Shown in pieces: positions 12,116 through 23,727 of a DNA stretch of 25,786 nt. Below the pieces are notes generated by a model that did not search any database, was not told the DNA's origin, and saw only the letters and a list, made by a program, of their open reading frames with translations. Location: contig NW_021835676.1 of the NCBI RefSeq assembly GCF_006345805.1, positions 1 to 25,786 on the forward strand, given 5' to 3'. This stretch comes from Octopus sinensis. Its lineage: Eukaryota. Each line of letters starts with the position of its first letter. The first letter of the stretch is position 1. A program made the position numbers and the translations under genes.

Positions 12116-12412
12116 GAAGGCTCAGTGGTTAGGGTGTAGGGATCATGAGGTAGTGAGGCTGATTCTCGGACTGGGCTGTGTGTTGCTCCAGTTCAGTCAG
12201 CTGTAGAAGTGAGTTGCGACATCTCTGGTGCCCAGCTGTATCGACCTTTACCTTTCCCTTGGATAACATCAGTAGCATGGAAAGGGGAGGCTGGTATGCA
12301 TGGGCAACTGCTGGTCTCCCATTAAAAAAACCTTGCCCGGACTTGTGACTTGGATGGGGACATTCTCGGTGCAATCCCACAGTCATTCGACCGAAGGAGG
12401 TCTATACCCTTT
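12116..12412 (+). mobile_element. Same SINE family in the opposite orientation, with an internal deletion
   Basis: GGCTCAGTGGTTAGGG head; colinear body (cagctgtagaa..gagttgcgac, ccttggataaca, ggtatgcatggg, ccttgccc.gacttgtg, gaccgaagg..gtct.tacccttt). Confidence 0.8.
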
Positions 12413-12469
12413 AATCTATGTATGTATTCTATACACACACATATGTCTCTCTATATCTGCCTCTTTCAC

Positions 12470-12768
12470 ATGATAACATGATCAACCAGGTTATCGGATG
12501 TTGTTCTCCATTGTTGGTCATAATGCGCTTTGCATAGTTTTTTAAAACTTATGTGAATGATGTCACCCGTGAGGGCTAGGTGAGCGGGCCAACACTCCTC
12601 CGAATCGGAAGGATAGTCCGCTGCAGGCTTAATCATTCACAGCTGAGTCAACTGAGCAAGGTGCACTGAAGCGTTTGGCTCTAGAACACAAGAAGTAGCC
12701 GGTCTGGAAATCGAACCCATGTCTCACGATCGTGAGTGCGACATCACTAACTACTACGCTACGCACCT
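12470..12768 (-). mobile_element. Degenerate tRNA-derived SINE
   Basis: Head remnant at 12690-12768 (ccggtctggaaatcgaaccc...ctcacgatcgtgagtgcgac...ctaactactacgctacgc). Confidence 0.55.
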
Positions 12769-12884
12769 TGTCACACATACACCCCCCCCACACACATTTA
12801 TTCACGTATGTGTATATATCTGCCATTTATCTATTATCTATTACCAGCTTCACGCATTGGATTGCGACCATAATTGGACACTCT

Positions 12885-13050
12885 CTTCAAGAATTTTAGT
12901 TGATCGAATCGACCCCTGTAGTCTAGCGGTTCGGGTCAGGAGACATGTAATATGTAATAGGCTTTGAAATAGTACTGGGGTCGATTCGCTCGACTGAAAA
13001 ATTGTTAAGGCGGTGCTCCTGCCTTACCGCAGTGAAAGTCAAGTAAAAGA
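12885..13050. mobile_element. Two SINE 3' fragments in inverted orientation
   Basis: 12885-12916 is complementary to 12977-13009 (atcgacccc/ggggtcgat core), followed by aaggcggtgctcc as in the SINE at 18692-19189. Confidence 0.55.
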
Positions 13051-13088
13051 TATAATGCATGAACACGTGATATCTATATTTATATCTA

Positions 13089-13159
<71 letters not shown>

Positions 13160-13165
13160 TATCTA

Positions 13166-13206
<41 letters not shown>

Positions 13207-13861
13207 ATATATATATATATATATATATAATCTATATATATATAAACATGCACTAGTGTTAATGTTCATATGCGCACATTCATACGTATATACAGTCGTC
13301 ACTACGCGTGTGCATGCGTGTGCAAGTGTGTGTGTGTGTGCGTACGTGTGCGTTTGTGCGCGTTTAGCATGCGTAAACACATGGATGTGTGATCGTATGT
13401 TCGTGCATGTGAAAAATATGTGACAGCGGAGCGAATAATTTTTGAAATTTCAAGATAAATGGTGTTGACGTATCATACAGGAAATGCATCTATAAATATA
13501 TGTGAAAAAAAAAATCAGGGAAATGTATGTGTGTATGCGTGTATGTTTGCGTATATATCTTCCTAGCTATACATATTTGGAAATACGCACATATCCTTAG
13601 ACATGCGTATTTGTACTTTCCGAACATGAACATATATTTAAAAAAAATCGCACGTTCCCACAAGGTTTACATATTTATTTAATAGATTCAACGTTTTGTG
13701 TGTGACAAAGAGAGAAATAATAAACACCATCGCGCGTGCACAAACACACACACACACACACACACACGTAAACATACACGCATGCGCACATATTTGTGTA
13801 ATACCTATATTCATATGCGACACATATACGCAGGCATATATAGATATTATATATATATATA

Positions 13862-13900
<39 letters not shown>

Positions 13901-14021
13901 TATAAGTGGAAAACTGAAGAAAATGTGCAAATAATGAATAATAAATGGTTCGAGCGAAGTAAAATAATAAAAAGAGGTAAGAGGAAAAATGAGGAAAAAG
14001 ACAAAGAGAATGATAGAGAAA

Positions 14022-14247
14022 GAGGTGGGAGGTGGGGAAGAAGGAGGTGGGAGATGGGAAGAAGGAGGTGGGAGATGGGGAAGAAGGAGGTGGGAGATGG
14101 GAAGAAGGAGGTGGGAGATGAAGAAGGAGTGGAGATGGGGAAGAAGGAGTGGGAGATGGGAAGAAGGAGGTTGGATGGGAAGAAGGAGTGGGAGATGGGG
14201 AAGAGGAGGTGGGAGATGGGAAGAAGGAGGTGGGAGATGGGGAAGAA
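14022..14247. repeat. Purine-rich minisatellite, ~21-nt unit GGAGGTGGGAGATGGGAAGAA, about 10 copies
   Basis: Direct inspection; units vary between 20 and 22 nt. Confidence 0.9.
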
Positions 14248-14708
14248 AGAGTTCGAGTGACTGAAGGTACGTTGCTGATAGATCTGGGGCCATTACTGTT
14301 CAAAACAAACGCTAATCCAGTTGTGTGCTGAAAACTAAAGACACAGACACAGACACACACAAATACAAACACGCACAATTATAGCCACACGAGAACAAAA
14401 CGATATACCACGTGTGCGCACATGCATAGACACACGCGCTTCTACGCACAGGCACATTCCGTATTTGAAAGAGTGGAATAAATTTATTGCATAGAATTTA
14501 TGCAGCTGTTTGAACTACTTGCCGTTTCTATTGCCTTTTGCCTTCGTTTCTATTGCATTTTGCAAGTCTTCTAGATTCTGCTGTTTATTGTGTGAATGTT
14601 TGTATGCACCTATGTTAATATGCACGCCCACATATACACATAAATATGTATATATTCGACATTTTTTTCTTATTGTATATGTATATGTATATGTGCCCGT
14701 ATGTGTAT

Positions 14709-14764
<56 letters not shown>

Positions 14765-14959
14765 TCAAAGATATTCAAATCGATATAATATGAAATTATT
14801 TATCCTTACAGCCGTTTCCATATCCAATTAATTCAATTAGAGAAATTACTTTAAATAAAATTAATTCAAATTTTTCATATTGAAACTGGTTAATTGGGTA
14901 TTTCACCAGATGAGATTTTCAGAAAGGTGCTACACTCCAACGTGTTGGTCGACCCTTGA

Positions 14960-15166
14960 CAGACGCACGTGGTTCCGGGTTCAGTCCCACTACGTGGTAC
15001 CTTGGGCAAGTGTCTTCTACTATAGCCTCGGGGCGACGAAAGCCTTGTGAGTGGGTTTGGTAGACGGAAACTGAAGAAGCCCGTCGTATATATATGTATA
15101 TGTGTATGTGTGTGTTTGTGTGTGTGTGTTTATTCCCCCCCCCCCAACATCGCTTGACAATCGATG
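14960..15166 (+). mobile_element. tRNA/CORE-like SINE 5' half with internal microsatellite; 3' remnant resumes at 15769-15815
   Basis: ggttccgggttcagtcccact..ggtaccttgggcaagtgtcttctactatagcctcggg matches the reverse complement of 19020-19145; ggcggtgccccagcatggccacag at 15769. Confidence 0.75.
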
Positions 15167-16075
15167 AAGAGTAAATGCTTCGAAGGAACAAACAACAACA
15201 AAGCGAGCGTGCAGAGTAAACAATCGACGAAGACAAACAGTACGGGCCGTTAGACACAGGCGCATTGCAATGAGTAACGCCTGAGAGAAAGTTTGAAAGG
15301 ATATAGAATAAACAGAAGAGAAGGAAATAGCAGAAGGAGAAATATTCTGGAGGCGAGAGAAATGATGTCCAGCTAGATGGACGTCATGACCAGAAAAGAC
15401 AGAGGTGAAAGAAATGGCCTGTAGACACGTGTTAGCAAAAAGGCAGAGGGGAAGTAGGACAAGAGAAAGAAATAAAGGGAGTGATGATAAGGGAGCAGAA
15501 ACGAAAGATAGTAGGGAGTGGAAAAATACAAAGCGGGGACAACAAAGAACGAGGGAGACAAACAGAAAATAAAGTCTGTGTAGTCGCAAAAATTATAAAT
15601 TAAGGTAAGGATTTAACTGTGGACAAGGCTGCGTGGAGTTCGATTATAAATAGATAGAAAATACGCATTGAGTACAGAACACCACCAAGGAGCGAAAAAC
15701 ACGTAAACACACGGGAGACAAGTAATGGATAAAATATCAAAAATATACACAATATATATATATATAAATGGCGGTGCCCCAGCATGGCCACAGCTCATAA
15801 GCTGAAACTAGAATCAATCAATCAATCATATATATACACACATAGATAGATAGGCAGATTCATACATACATGCGTAGATCCATCCATACATACATTGATA
15901 CATACATATCTATATATTTTCGTAATATATGTATTTACAAATTATATAAACACACTCACACACACATATATATATACACATATGTGCATCCATGTATATT
16001 GTATGACAACGAAGCACTTGCTACTGGATGTGTGTGTCTGTGTATTTGCTTGTGTGTGTGTGAGTACGTGTATGT

Positions 16076-16109
<34 letters not shown>

Positions 16110-16471
16110 CTTTGTTTAGCAGAAGATACGAAATCCAGTCCAGTTAATGTGAAATTTATAATTTTTCTTCTCCCGGAATCTAATAAAGCACAGTTTTATA
16201 TTTCACGTCTAATGCAAACTTTAGGCTTTCCTCACACACAATTCTAGTTATATCTTACTGTACCACTTCCTTTCACTCGTTATCAATGATTTATTACATA
16301 TTATAAGTCTTGCAATAGATATAAATTTCAAATGGAAGCTTAAAGTATAGAAATGTTTACGTTTACTTAATTCCGGTGAGGATGGCTTATAACAAGTTAG
16401 TTAGTGTTGCATGTGCGTAGAATCAGGATACGAATTTCAACCGAAGTATATATTTTATACATCGTATTGAA

Positions 16472-16605
<134 letters not shown>

Positions 16606-16609
16606 GACT

Positions 16610-16919
16610 TCATTGACCGAGGTTACCGTGGTCTTTTCCGTAGGCTTTTCTTTCCACGGGTAAACGTCACCTGTCCTCCCCTTTACACTTTATATTGACA
16701 TTTCTGTGATAACGATCCTTATTGATCAATTTTTTCCTTTTCCTTTTTCTTTTCTTTTCTTTTTTTTTAAATTTTATCCCCCCCCTTTTTGTCCTCATTC
16801 TTTCCTTTTACGATCCCTTTTGATGGAAAACCAAACCCCCTTTTTTACCCTTAGAAGAAAATCTCTACCTTGTAATTTGTCCTGTCTGTGTGCAGCCCTG
16901 TGAGGCTAATAAAGAAACA

Positions 16920-16920
<1 letters not shown>
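16610..16920 (+). mobile_element. Unclassified repeat fragment whose 3' end resembles the tail of the SINE family at 2671-2855
   Basis: tgtcctgtctgtgtgcagccctgtgaggctaataaagaaa resembles the reverse complement of tttctttactacccacaaggggctaaacacaga; flanked by (TCTA)n on both sides. Confidence 0.35.
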
Positions 16921-17007
<87 letters not shown>

Positions 17008-17017
17008 CATTTATATA

Positions 17018-17171
17018 CGAGGAGGTGCTACAAAGTTCTTTAAAGGTATCATGAAATATCCTGATTGGGGGCCCAACCATCTGAGTTCTTTTCCAGGGCT
17101 TGAGAAATCTGAAAACCTGCTGCAATAAGTCTGTGAATCTGAAAAGAAAGTAGAATCATAATTAACTGATC
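17018..17171 (+). mobile_element. Small mariner-derived non-autonomous fragment
   Basis: TA followed by CGAGGAGGTGCTACAAAGTTC (mariner-like TIR start, from memory); FQGLRNLKTCCNKSVNL resembles a mariner transposase C-terminus. Confidence 0.4.
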
Positions 17172-17333
17172 ATCATCATCATCATCATTACCACCATATC
17201 TTCATCGTCATCAGCAATAATAACGCCTTCTTCACTGTCGCCACCATCGCCGTCATCGTCATCATCATCGCCATCACCCTCACCGTCTCCTTGGCGCCGT
17301 TCTTATACATTACTGTATTGTAAATCTACCCTA

Positions 17334-17730
17334 CTCTTGATATTCTTCAACCACGTACTGCCTGTTTTCCTCTTCTTTCTCACTCATTCATTTTCCCTTC
17401 TATTAACAGTTTCTATAAACCATTTTTACTAATTAAATGTCCAAACTATTTTAGTTTTCTCTCTTTGATAGCGTCTAATTAAATTTCCAGATTATTTTTT
17501 GTTCTCCGTTCTAACTGCTTCATCACTAATTTCAAGTTTTGTCCATGATATTCACAAAAGTCTTAGACTTGTGAAGTATTTGTCAGTAGTTTTGTAAATA
17601 TCTATGTTTGAAATTCATAATGTATTGTGGACTGCACGTAATGCAATGATACTTTCCTAGTTTTAATAGAAAGCTTTCTTAATCTTACCTTCTTCGATAA
17701 TTTTCAGATGACCTTCAAAGCTTTTTTAAT
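17334..17730 (-). pseudogene. RTE-clade LINE ORF C-terminal relic
   Basis: Minus-strand translation: ISWTK...IKERKLK*FGHLISKNGL*KLLIEGKM...RRGK...TWLKNIK, matching the RTE RKL.YFGH..R......L.EGK..G.R.RGR...W motif. Confidence 0.75.
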
Positions 17731-17888
17731 CCTTCTGTCGTATATATATCAACGTCGTGAGTTGTAATGTGTTTGCTGGTATGATGTGATGACTAGTAGA
17801 TTTAGTGACTGAAAATGTATTTCTCAGGCTGCATGAAGACATAACTAACAACACTCGCGAACAATTAACACAAGATTTTATAATTGTA

Positions 17889-18246
17889 TTGGGTTGTCCG
17901 GAAAGTTCGTGCCGATTTATAGTAGCTTATCTTTCGAATTATTTTAGAACATGGCTGAGTCCATAAAATAGGATTTGACTACACCTCCATTTGGAGCACA
18001 GATTAAGCTATCTTTTCGTCGAAGAAGGTTTATGTTCCTATAACCTATGTTAATTCAGTAACCCTTTAAAATGGAAGATAAGAAATTTCATTTTCGGCAC
18101 TTGATGCTTTGGGAACGAGACAAAAATTGCTGCAGCTCGGTTGGGATGTGTTACCCCACCCTCCATATTCACCACATATTGCTCCTTCGGATTTCCAGTT
18201 ATTCAGGTCTCTGCAGAATATTCTTAATGGTAAAAATTTCAATTCC
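17889..18246 (+). mobile_element. Internally deleted mariner transposon (left TIR, transposase N-terminus fused to catalytic C-terminal part)
   Basis: TA then TTGGGTTGTCCGGAAAGTTCGTGCCGATTT; ATG 18071 MEDKKFHFRHLMLWE, then in another frame RQKLLQLGWDVLPHPPYSPHIAPSDFQLFRSLQNILNGKNF (YSPDLAPxD motif). Confidence 0.9.
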
Positions 18247-18305
18247 ACCACCACCACCACCACCACACCAGACTCACACACATAAAAAAGTAATGGCAAC
18301 TTTTT

Positions 18306-18668
18306 GAGTCATACTGATTGATAAGGGCCGGTTTTCCGGTTTCCAGGCCGTATAAATTCCCCACCTGGACGGGACACCGATCCGTTGCAGGATTAGTCGT
18401 TTCTGCCAGCTGATTGGCGTGGAGCAATGTAAAATGAAGTGTTTTGCTCAAGATCATAACGCGTCACCCGGTCCAGGAATCGAAAACCCATCTCACGAGC
18501 ATGAGTTCAACACGCTAACCATTAAGTCAGACGCCTTCACTACACGCACATAAGGGTTTTTCGGTCAGAGGATGTAGTAGAAAACCCTTGTTCAATGCAC
18601 GACGCAGTGGGATTGAACGCAGAACATATGATTGTGAAGCAAACTTGTTACCGCACAGCCACGCCTGC
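18306..18668 (-). mobile_element. Two adjacent degenerate SINE fragments (18306-18536 and 18551-18668)
   Basis: tRNA-head remnants ccggtccaggaatcgaa...ctaaccattaagtc and gggattgaacgcagaacatatg...ttaccgcacagccacgcc. Confidence 0.6.
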
Positions 18669-18691
18669 TATGGACTCCGACGTTGATACAT

Positions 18692-18917
18692 ACTCTTTTA
18701 CTCTTTTACTTGTTTCAGTCATTTGACTGTGGCTGTGCTGGAGCACCACCTTTAGTCGAGAAAATCGACCCCAGGACCTATTTTTTGTAAGCCTAGTACT
18801 TATTCTATCGGTCTCTTTTGCCGAACCGCTATGTTACGGGCACGTAAACACACCAGCATCGGTTGTCAAGCAATGTTGGAGGGACACACACAGACACACA
18901 AACACATACACACATGT

Positions 18918-18949
<32 letters not shown>

Positions 18950-18968
18950 GTGTGTGTATATGTATATT

Positions 18969-19015
<47 letters not shown>

Positions 19016-19189
19016 GTACGACGAGCTTCTTTCAGTTTCCGTCAACCAAATCCACTCACAAGGCTTTGTTCAGCCCGAGGCTATAGTGGAAGACACTTGC
19101 CCAAGGTGCCACAAAGTGGGACTGAACCCGGAACCATGTGGTTGGTAAGCAAGCTTCTTACCACATAACCAGCCACTCCTACGCCTATA
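18692..19189 (-). mobile_element. Full-length tRNA/CORE-like SINE with internal (CA/TA)n microsatellite
   Basis: Minus-strand head TAGGCGTAGGAGTGGCTGG..GTGGTAAGAAGCTTGCTT...GGTTCAGTCCC, then CCTTGGGCAAGTGTCTT; tail GAAACAAGTAAAAGAGTAAAAGAG. Confidence 0.85.
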
Positions 19190-19814
19190 AGTATAAAATA
19201 TTGCAAAATACAGATAAAAACTCAAGAATATATTGCCTTCCTCTCCCAATAACAATATCAAGGTTCAACTTCAGATGGAGTAATATGATATATCGAGTTA
19301 GTGTAAGCGATGGAGTTAGAGCTAGACGAGAATTTATTCGCCATTTATATGTTTCTCCTCACGGAAATATCAATATTTACTCAATTGAAAACAAATCGAT
19401 AATCTTTCAACTATATCTCAAACAATTTAAGGTTGATTAAATGTTTTATTCTCTGAAATATAATTCACTGGAAAATGTCTAATTTAAGACAATAATCTTA
19501 TCTTCACATTATTAGTGTCTACAGAATTACCCAAAACGTCACACAATTCTTTCTACGATACACACTGATAGATCATCGTCTCCACCGCTTCTCGCCTTCC
19601 TCAACCGTAAGAAAATATGAATGACTTAACATTAAACTGTTAAATTGGTTATGGAAATATTAGCAAACAATTTTATTTAATCAAATGTGCATAAAGTCAA
19701 ACTGGCTCTGTCAATGTATATGTATAATATGTGAGTGTGCATGTGTATGTATATATATATATTATATATATACATAAATCGGTATGTATGTATGTATGCA
19801 TGTATGTATGTATG

Positions 19815-19932
<118 letters not shown>

Positions 19933-20146
19933 GAGGCTCACAATAACACACACACATACACACTTAAAATCGTTTACAGAACACAATACAAGTCGCAAGT
20001 GAAGTGAATATAAGTATTACTAAGCTTCACTGGGTATTTCTAGGGATGTAAACACAGATAGCATGTGCTGATGTATACATTCTTCTTCACCCAGATTTTG
20101 ACGTTATTATTATTAAATTAGATATCATTCAACAACAATGATGATG

Positions 20147-20211
<65 letters not shown>

Positions 20212-20217
20212 TAATAA

Positions 20218-20772
20218 ATGCCCTGATGCAGTACCAGGCAATGGCTCTCATGGCGTCTGATCTCAACTGATTGGAAGTGTTATCATGTACATTGTTTAGT
20301 CTTGGTATAAAAGATGGGCTACAGCAAATATTCTGCTCAATACCACAGATTTGCTTGTCAGTTGTTTGACCTTAACCAGTTGAGCATGTCCCTTGGTGGT
20401 TGACGATATGTGCATCTCTGATCACGAGCAGAAGTAGTGGGGGAGCATCATAGTCATGTGTTGAGAGGGATTCTTTGGGGTTTGAATAGTTCACCTCTGG
20501 AAACATGGGTGGTTCTTCAACATCCTTAAACAACCCTTATTCAGGGACCGTTTGAGCGGGATGGGCTACTCAACCTGAAGAAAATTCTAACTGGGCCCCA
20601 CCTGCAAGGTCATGTGCTGTTTATCTTGATATGAGATCACCATGTCGCGCACATATGGTTGTGATGCATGTGTCTGGTGTACCTTTATCAGACGGGTAGT
20701 CATGATGGGTATATTGGGCTTCGTATATTTTACCCCAGTGTCACTTTGATGGCATGAACTGCTCTCTCACTC
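20218..20772 (+). mobile_element. Non-coding interspersed element embedded in (TAA)n; strand assumed from the TAA tail
   Basis: Bounded by (TAA)n on both sides; its right-hand part is repeated at 20791-21034. Confidence 0.65.
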
Positions 20773-20790
20773 AATAATAATAATAATATA

Positions 20791-21034
20791 GGTGGTTCGT
20801 TCAACATCCTTAAACAATCATTATTCAGGGATCTTTTGAGCGGGATGGGCTACTGGGCCCCACCTGCAAGGTCATGCGCTGTTTATCTTGATGTGAGATC
20901 ATCATGTCGCGCACATATTGTTGTGATGCATGAGCCTGGTGTACCCTTATCAGACGGGTAGTCATGATGGGTATACTGGACTTCGTATATTTTACCCCAG
21001 TGTCACTTTAATGGCATGCACTGCTCTCTCACTC
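20791..21034 (+). mobile_element. Truncated second copy of the 20218-20772 element with a 22-nt internal deletion
   Basis: Colinear with about 20509-20772; lacks caacctgaagaaaattctaact (ACT microhomology). Confidence 0.8.
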
Positions 21035-21069
<35 letters not shown>

Positions 21070-21104
21070 TAATAATAATGATGATAATAATAATAATGAT
21101 AATA

Positions 21105-21168
<64 letters not shown>

Positions 21169-21176
21169 CGATGATG

Positions 21177-21208
<32 letters not shown>
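21034..21208. repeat. (TAA)n grading into (TGA)n microsatellite
   Basis: Direct inspection. Confidence 0.95.
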
Positions 21209-21482
21209 ATACCAGGAACCCCCAAAATGGCAGAAGTTCAAAGATTGTGCTTATGGGAACTGCTCATATCCTTTGCAAAATACTTTCTATGTAACCTCAA
21301 GTTTTAAAACAAACATAATTTTCTTATGGTGTCTTAAATATTCTCTTACAACAACGATATGTACAAAACCAAATAATGGCACCCTAGGCATAACACCAAC
21401 ATGAACTTCCAACTTGTCTCTTAAGGTCTCTGGGTGAGACTTGGAGCCAACTTGTATAAATGGAAAGCAAAAGCCAAACATA

Positions 21483-21483
<1 letters not shown>
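21209..21483 (+). mobile_element. 3' end of an R4/Dong-type LINE: RLE C-terminus, stop codon, 3' UTR and (TAA)n tail
   Basis: IPGTPKMAEVQ/KIVLMGTAHILCKILSM* (one frameshift, TAA 21292-94), resembling the terminal IQK..LLGTA.ILR.VL motif; followed by (TAA)n. Confidence 0.8.
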
Positions 21484-21546
<63 letters not shown>

Positions 21547-21788
21547 TAATAATAATAATAATAGTTAATAGTTAATAATAATAATAATGATAATAATAAT
21601 GATAATGATTACTGTTTTTATACTTATATCATGAAAAAATTCTTAGCTTTATTTTGCTAGGTACGATGTAGTGTCAGGTATCCACAGCCAATAAACCAGG
21701 GTGATACTTATATACTGATCATGCTTCGAAACCTAGCGGAGGACCTTTGCTATTCCAAGCAATGTTGAGTTTTGAAGATGCTCTATCT

Positions 21789-21946
21789 TTACATCGACCC
21801 CTGTTCATGACTGGTACTTATTTTATCAACCCCGAAACGATGAATCTTAATGTTGACCTCGGTGGAATTTGAACTCAGAACGTAGAGAGGGACGAAATGC
21901 CCCGAAGCATTTTGACCAGCGTGCTAACGATTCTGCCAGCTCACTG
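21789..21946 (-). mobile_element. SINE of the 2671-2855 family, retaining more of the tRNA head
   Basis: actggtacttatttta, gacctcggtggaatttgaactcagaacgta, gacgaaatg, gctaacgattctgccagctc. Confidence 0.75.
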
Positions 21947-22614
21947 TCAATAATAGTGGTAAAGATATTAATATTAATAATAAGGACGATAATGATAATA
22001 CAATAATATTGAAAATATTAACGTAATAACAATAATTTAAAAATTGTTGATAAGAAAAGTATGTTAATAAAATTAAGACACAAATTTCTTAACGCAAATG
22101 ATATTCATAGTAATAATAGGATTACCAGTATGGTTTCTGGTATTATATTAAATACGCATTTCATGTAGCGTTTTAGGATTTCAATATAATTAACTAAAGT
22201 TATTTGGTTAAATATCATGGATTGTCTGAAATAAAAGCTTTAAGAATTGTACCAACGCTTAGAGCAGTCGGATGGCATACTGATATAGGTTCCGTATGAA
22301 CAATTAGTGATAACAGTACATTTGTAAAGTATGTACAACGCTTGACACTTATTGTTGAGTGGACAACTATCGATATAAGGGTAATTACGGCTTTTGGTTG
22401 TATTTTGCTAGTTTAGTATACTTCGTGAATATTTGAAGTAATAATTTGTTTAAAATTTGGAGGATTCGAGTAAAAAACTTTAATTGTGGTTTGGTTGAAA
22501 AATTTATAGTATTATTTATGGCTTGGATGAAACTGTTTTCTAAGTCGGGAATTTATAGTCAGTGATGTGGAGGGTGTTGTGATTGTGTGCCCTTCACAGA
22601 AGTGGTTTCATAGG

Positions 22615-22625
22615 CATATGTATAT

Positions 22626-22681
<56 letters not shown>

Positions 22682-22713
22682 CATATATATAATATATATA
22701 TATATATATTATT

Positions 22714-22755
<42 letters not shown>

Positions 22756-22758
22756 TAA

Positions 22759-22837
<79 letters not shown>
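22615..22837. repeat. Long (TA)n tract; other (TA)/(CA)/(TATG) tracts at about 1477-1640, 1940-2150, 3313-3430, 4350-4495, 5775-5900, 10960-11150 and 24045-24230
   Basis: Direct inspection; these tracts account for most spurious ORFs in the track. Confidence 0.95.
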
Positions 22838-22841
<4 letters not shown>

Positions 22842-23151
22842 GTAGTCCGGGAATTCCTGTCGATTTTTAAAGGAAAGAAAATGGTCAACAAATACTTGCA
22901 ATTACATTTTAACCAACCAAATATGAACCATTTTGTTGCACAATGCGTCTTCATCTTTCCTTTTACTTGAAAATACCCTCTTTCCAGAATTAAGATTGTT
23001 TCATGGCAAAGAATTCATCAAGGTATCTTTTTACGTCATCCAAGAAATTGAAATTTTTAACATTAAGACTATTCTACAGAAACCTGAATAAGTGGAAATC
23101 CGAAGGAGCAATGTCTGGTGAATATTGAGGGTCAGGTAAAACATTCCAGCC
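22838..23151 (-). mobile_element. Right half of a mariner transposon (pseudogenised transposase C-terminus plus TIR), inserted in (TA)n
   Basis: Minus-strand translation GWNVLPDPQYSPDIAPSDFHLFRFL*NSLNVKNF...DEFFAMKQS*FWKEGIFK*KER*RRIVQQNGSY; TIR TTGGGTAGTCCGGGAATTCCTGTCGATTT is similar to the one at 17889. Confidence 0.9.
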
Positions 23152-23267
23152 ACAAATACTATAAATTCTTCAACAAAACTAGTTAAACTTTGTTATTCGA
23201 CTACTCCAAATGATATATATATTTTTCTCATATATATCTATCAATCAATTTACATCTATCATCTATC

Positions 23268-23301
<34 letters not shown>

Positions 23302-23405
23302 ATCATCTATCTATCTATCATCTATCTATCTATCTCTATTATATCTATCTATCTATCGGATCTCATCTATCTATCTATCTATCTATTCTATCTATCTATC
23401 TATCG

Positions 23406-23441
<36 letters not shown>

Positions 23442-23454
23442 GTTTGCTTATCTA

Positions 23455-23525
<71 letters not shown>

Positions 23526-23727
23526 ATTTATCTATCAATCTCTGTATCTTCTATAAATACAAACTAAATTATGAAATATTTTAACACTAACTTCATAGTA
23601 TGTTTTTCAACACTGTTTTAATTATTAAATATGTATTAATAATTAAATGATATATTTCATATATTAATTGCCACATAATTAACGATTTATTCTTTAGACT
23701 TTTGTGTTCTTCGTTATTTCGCTTCAG

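Noticed and set aside
15062-15090. GAAA and CUGAAGA inside a GACGG/CCGUC stem in a SINE
   Set aside because: The sister copy at about 19020-19045 has CUGAAAGA, and the geometry is incompatible with a hammerhead.
15160-15190. tcgatgaagagtaaatgcttcgaag, resembling a degenerate Penelope hammerhead
   Set aside because: It spans a SINE/insert junction, both core motifs are broken, and there is no stem I or III.
16612-16672. Hairpin UUACCGUGG/CCACGGGUAA followed by AAACGUC, a possible decayed hammerhead
   Set aside because: No CUGANGA or GAAA in register and no stem I.
20140-21610. Repeat-spacer-like alternation reminiscent of a CRISPR array
   Set aside because: The repeats are simple (TAA)n of variable length and the spacers are transposon fragments, in a eukaryotic context with no cas genes.
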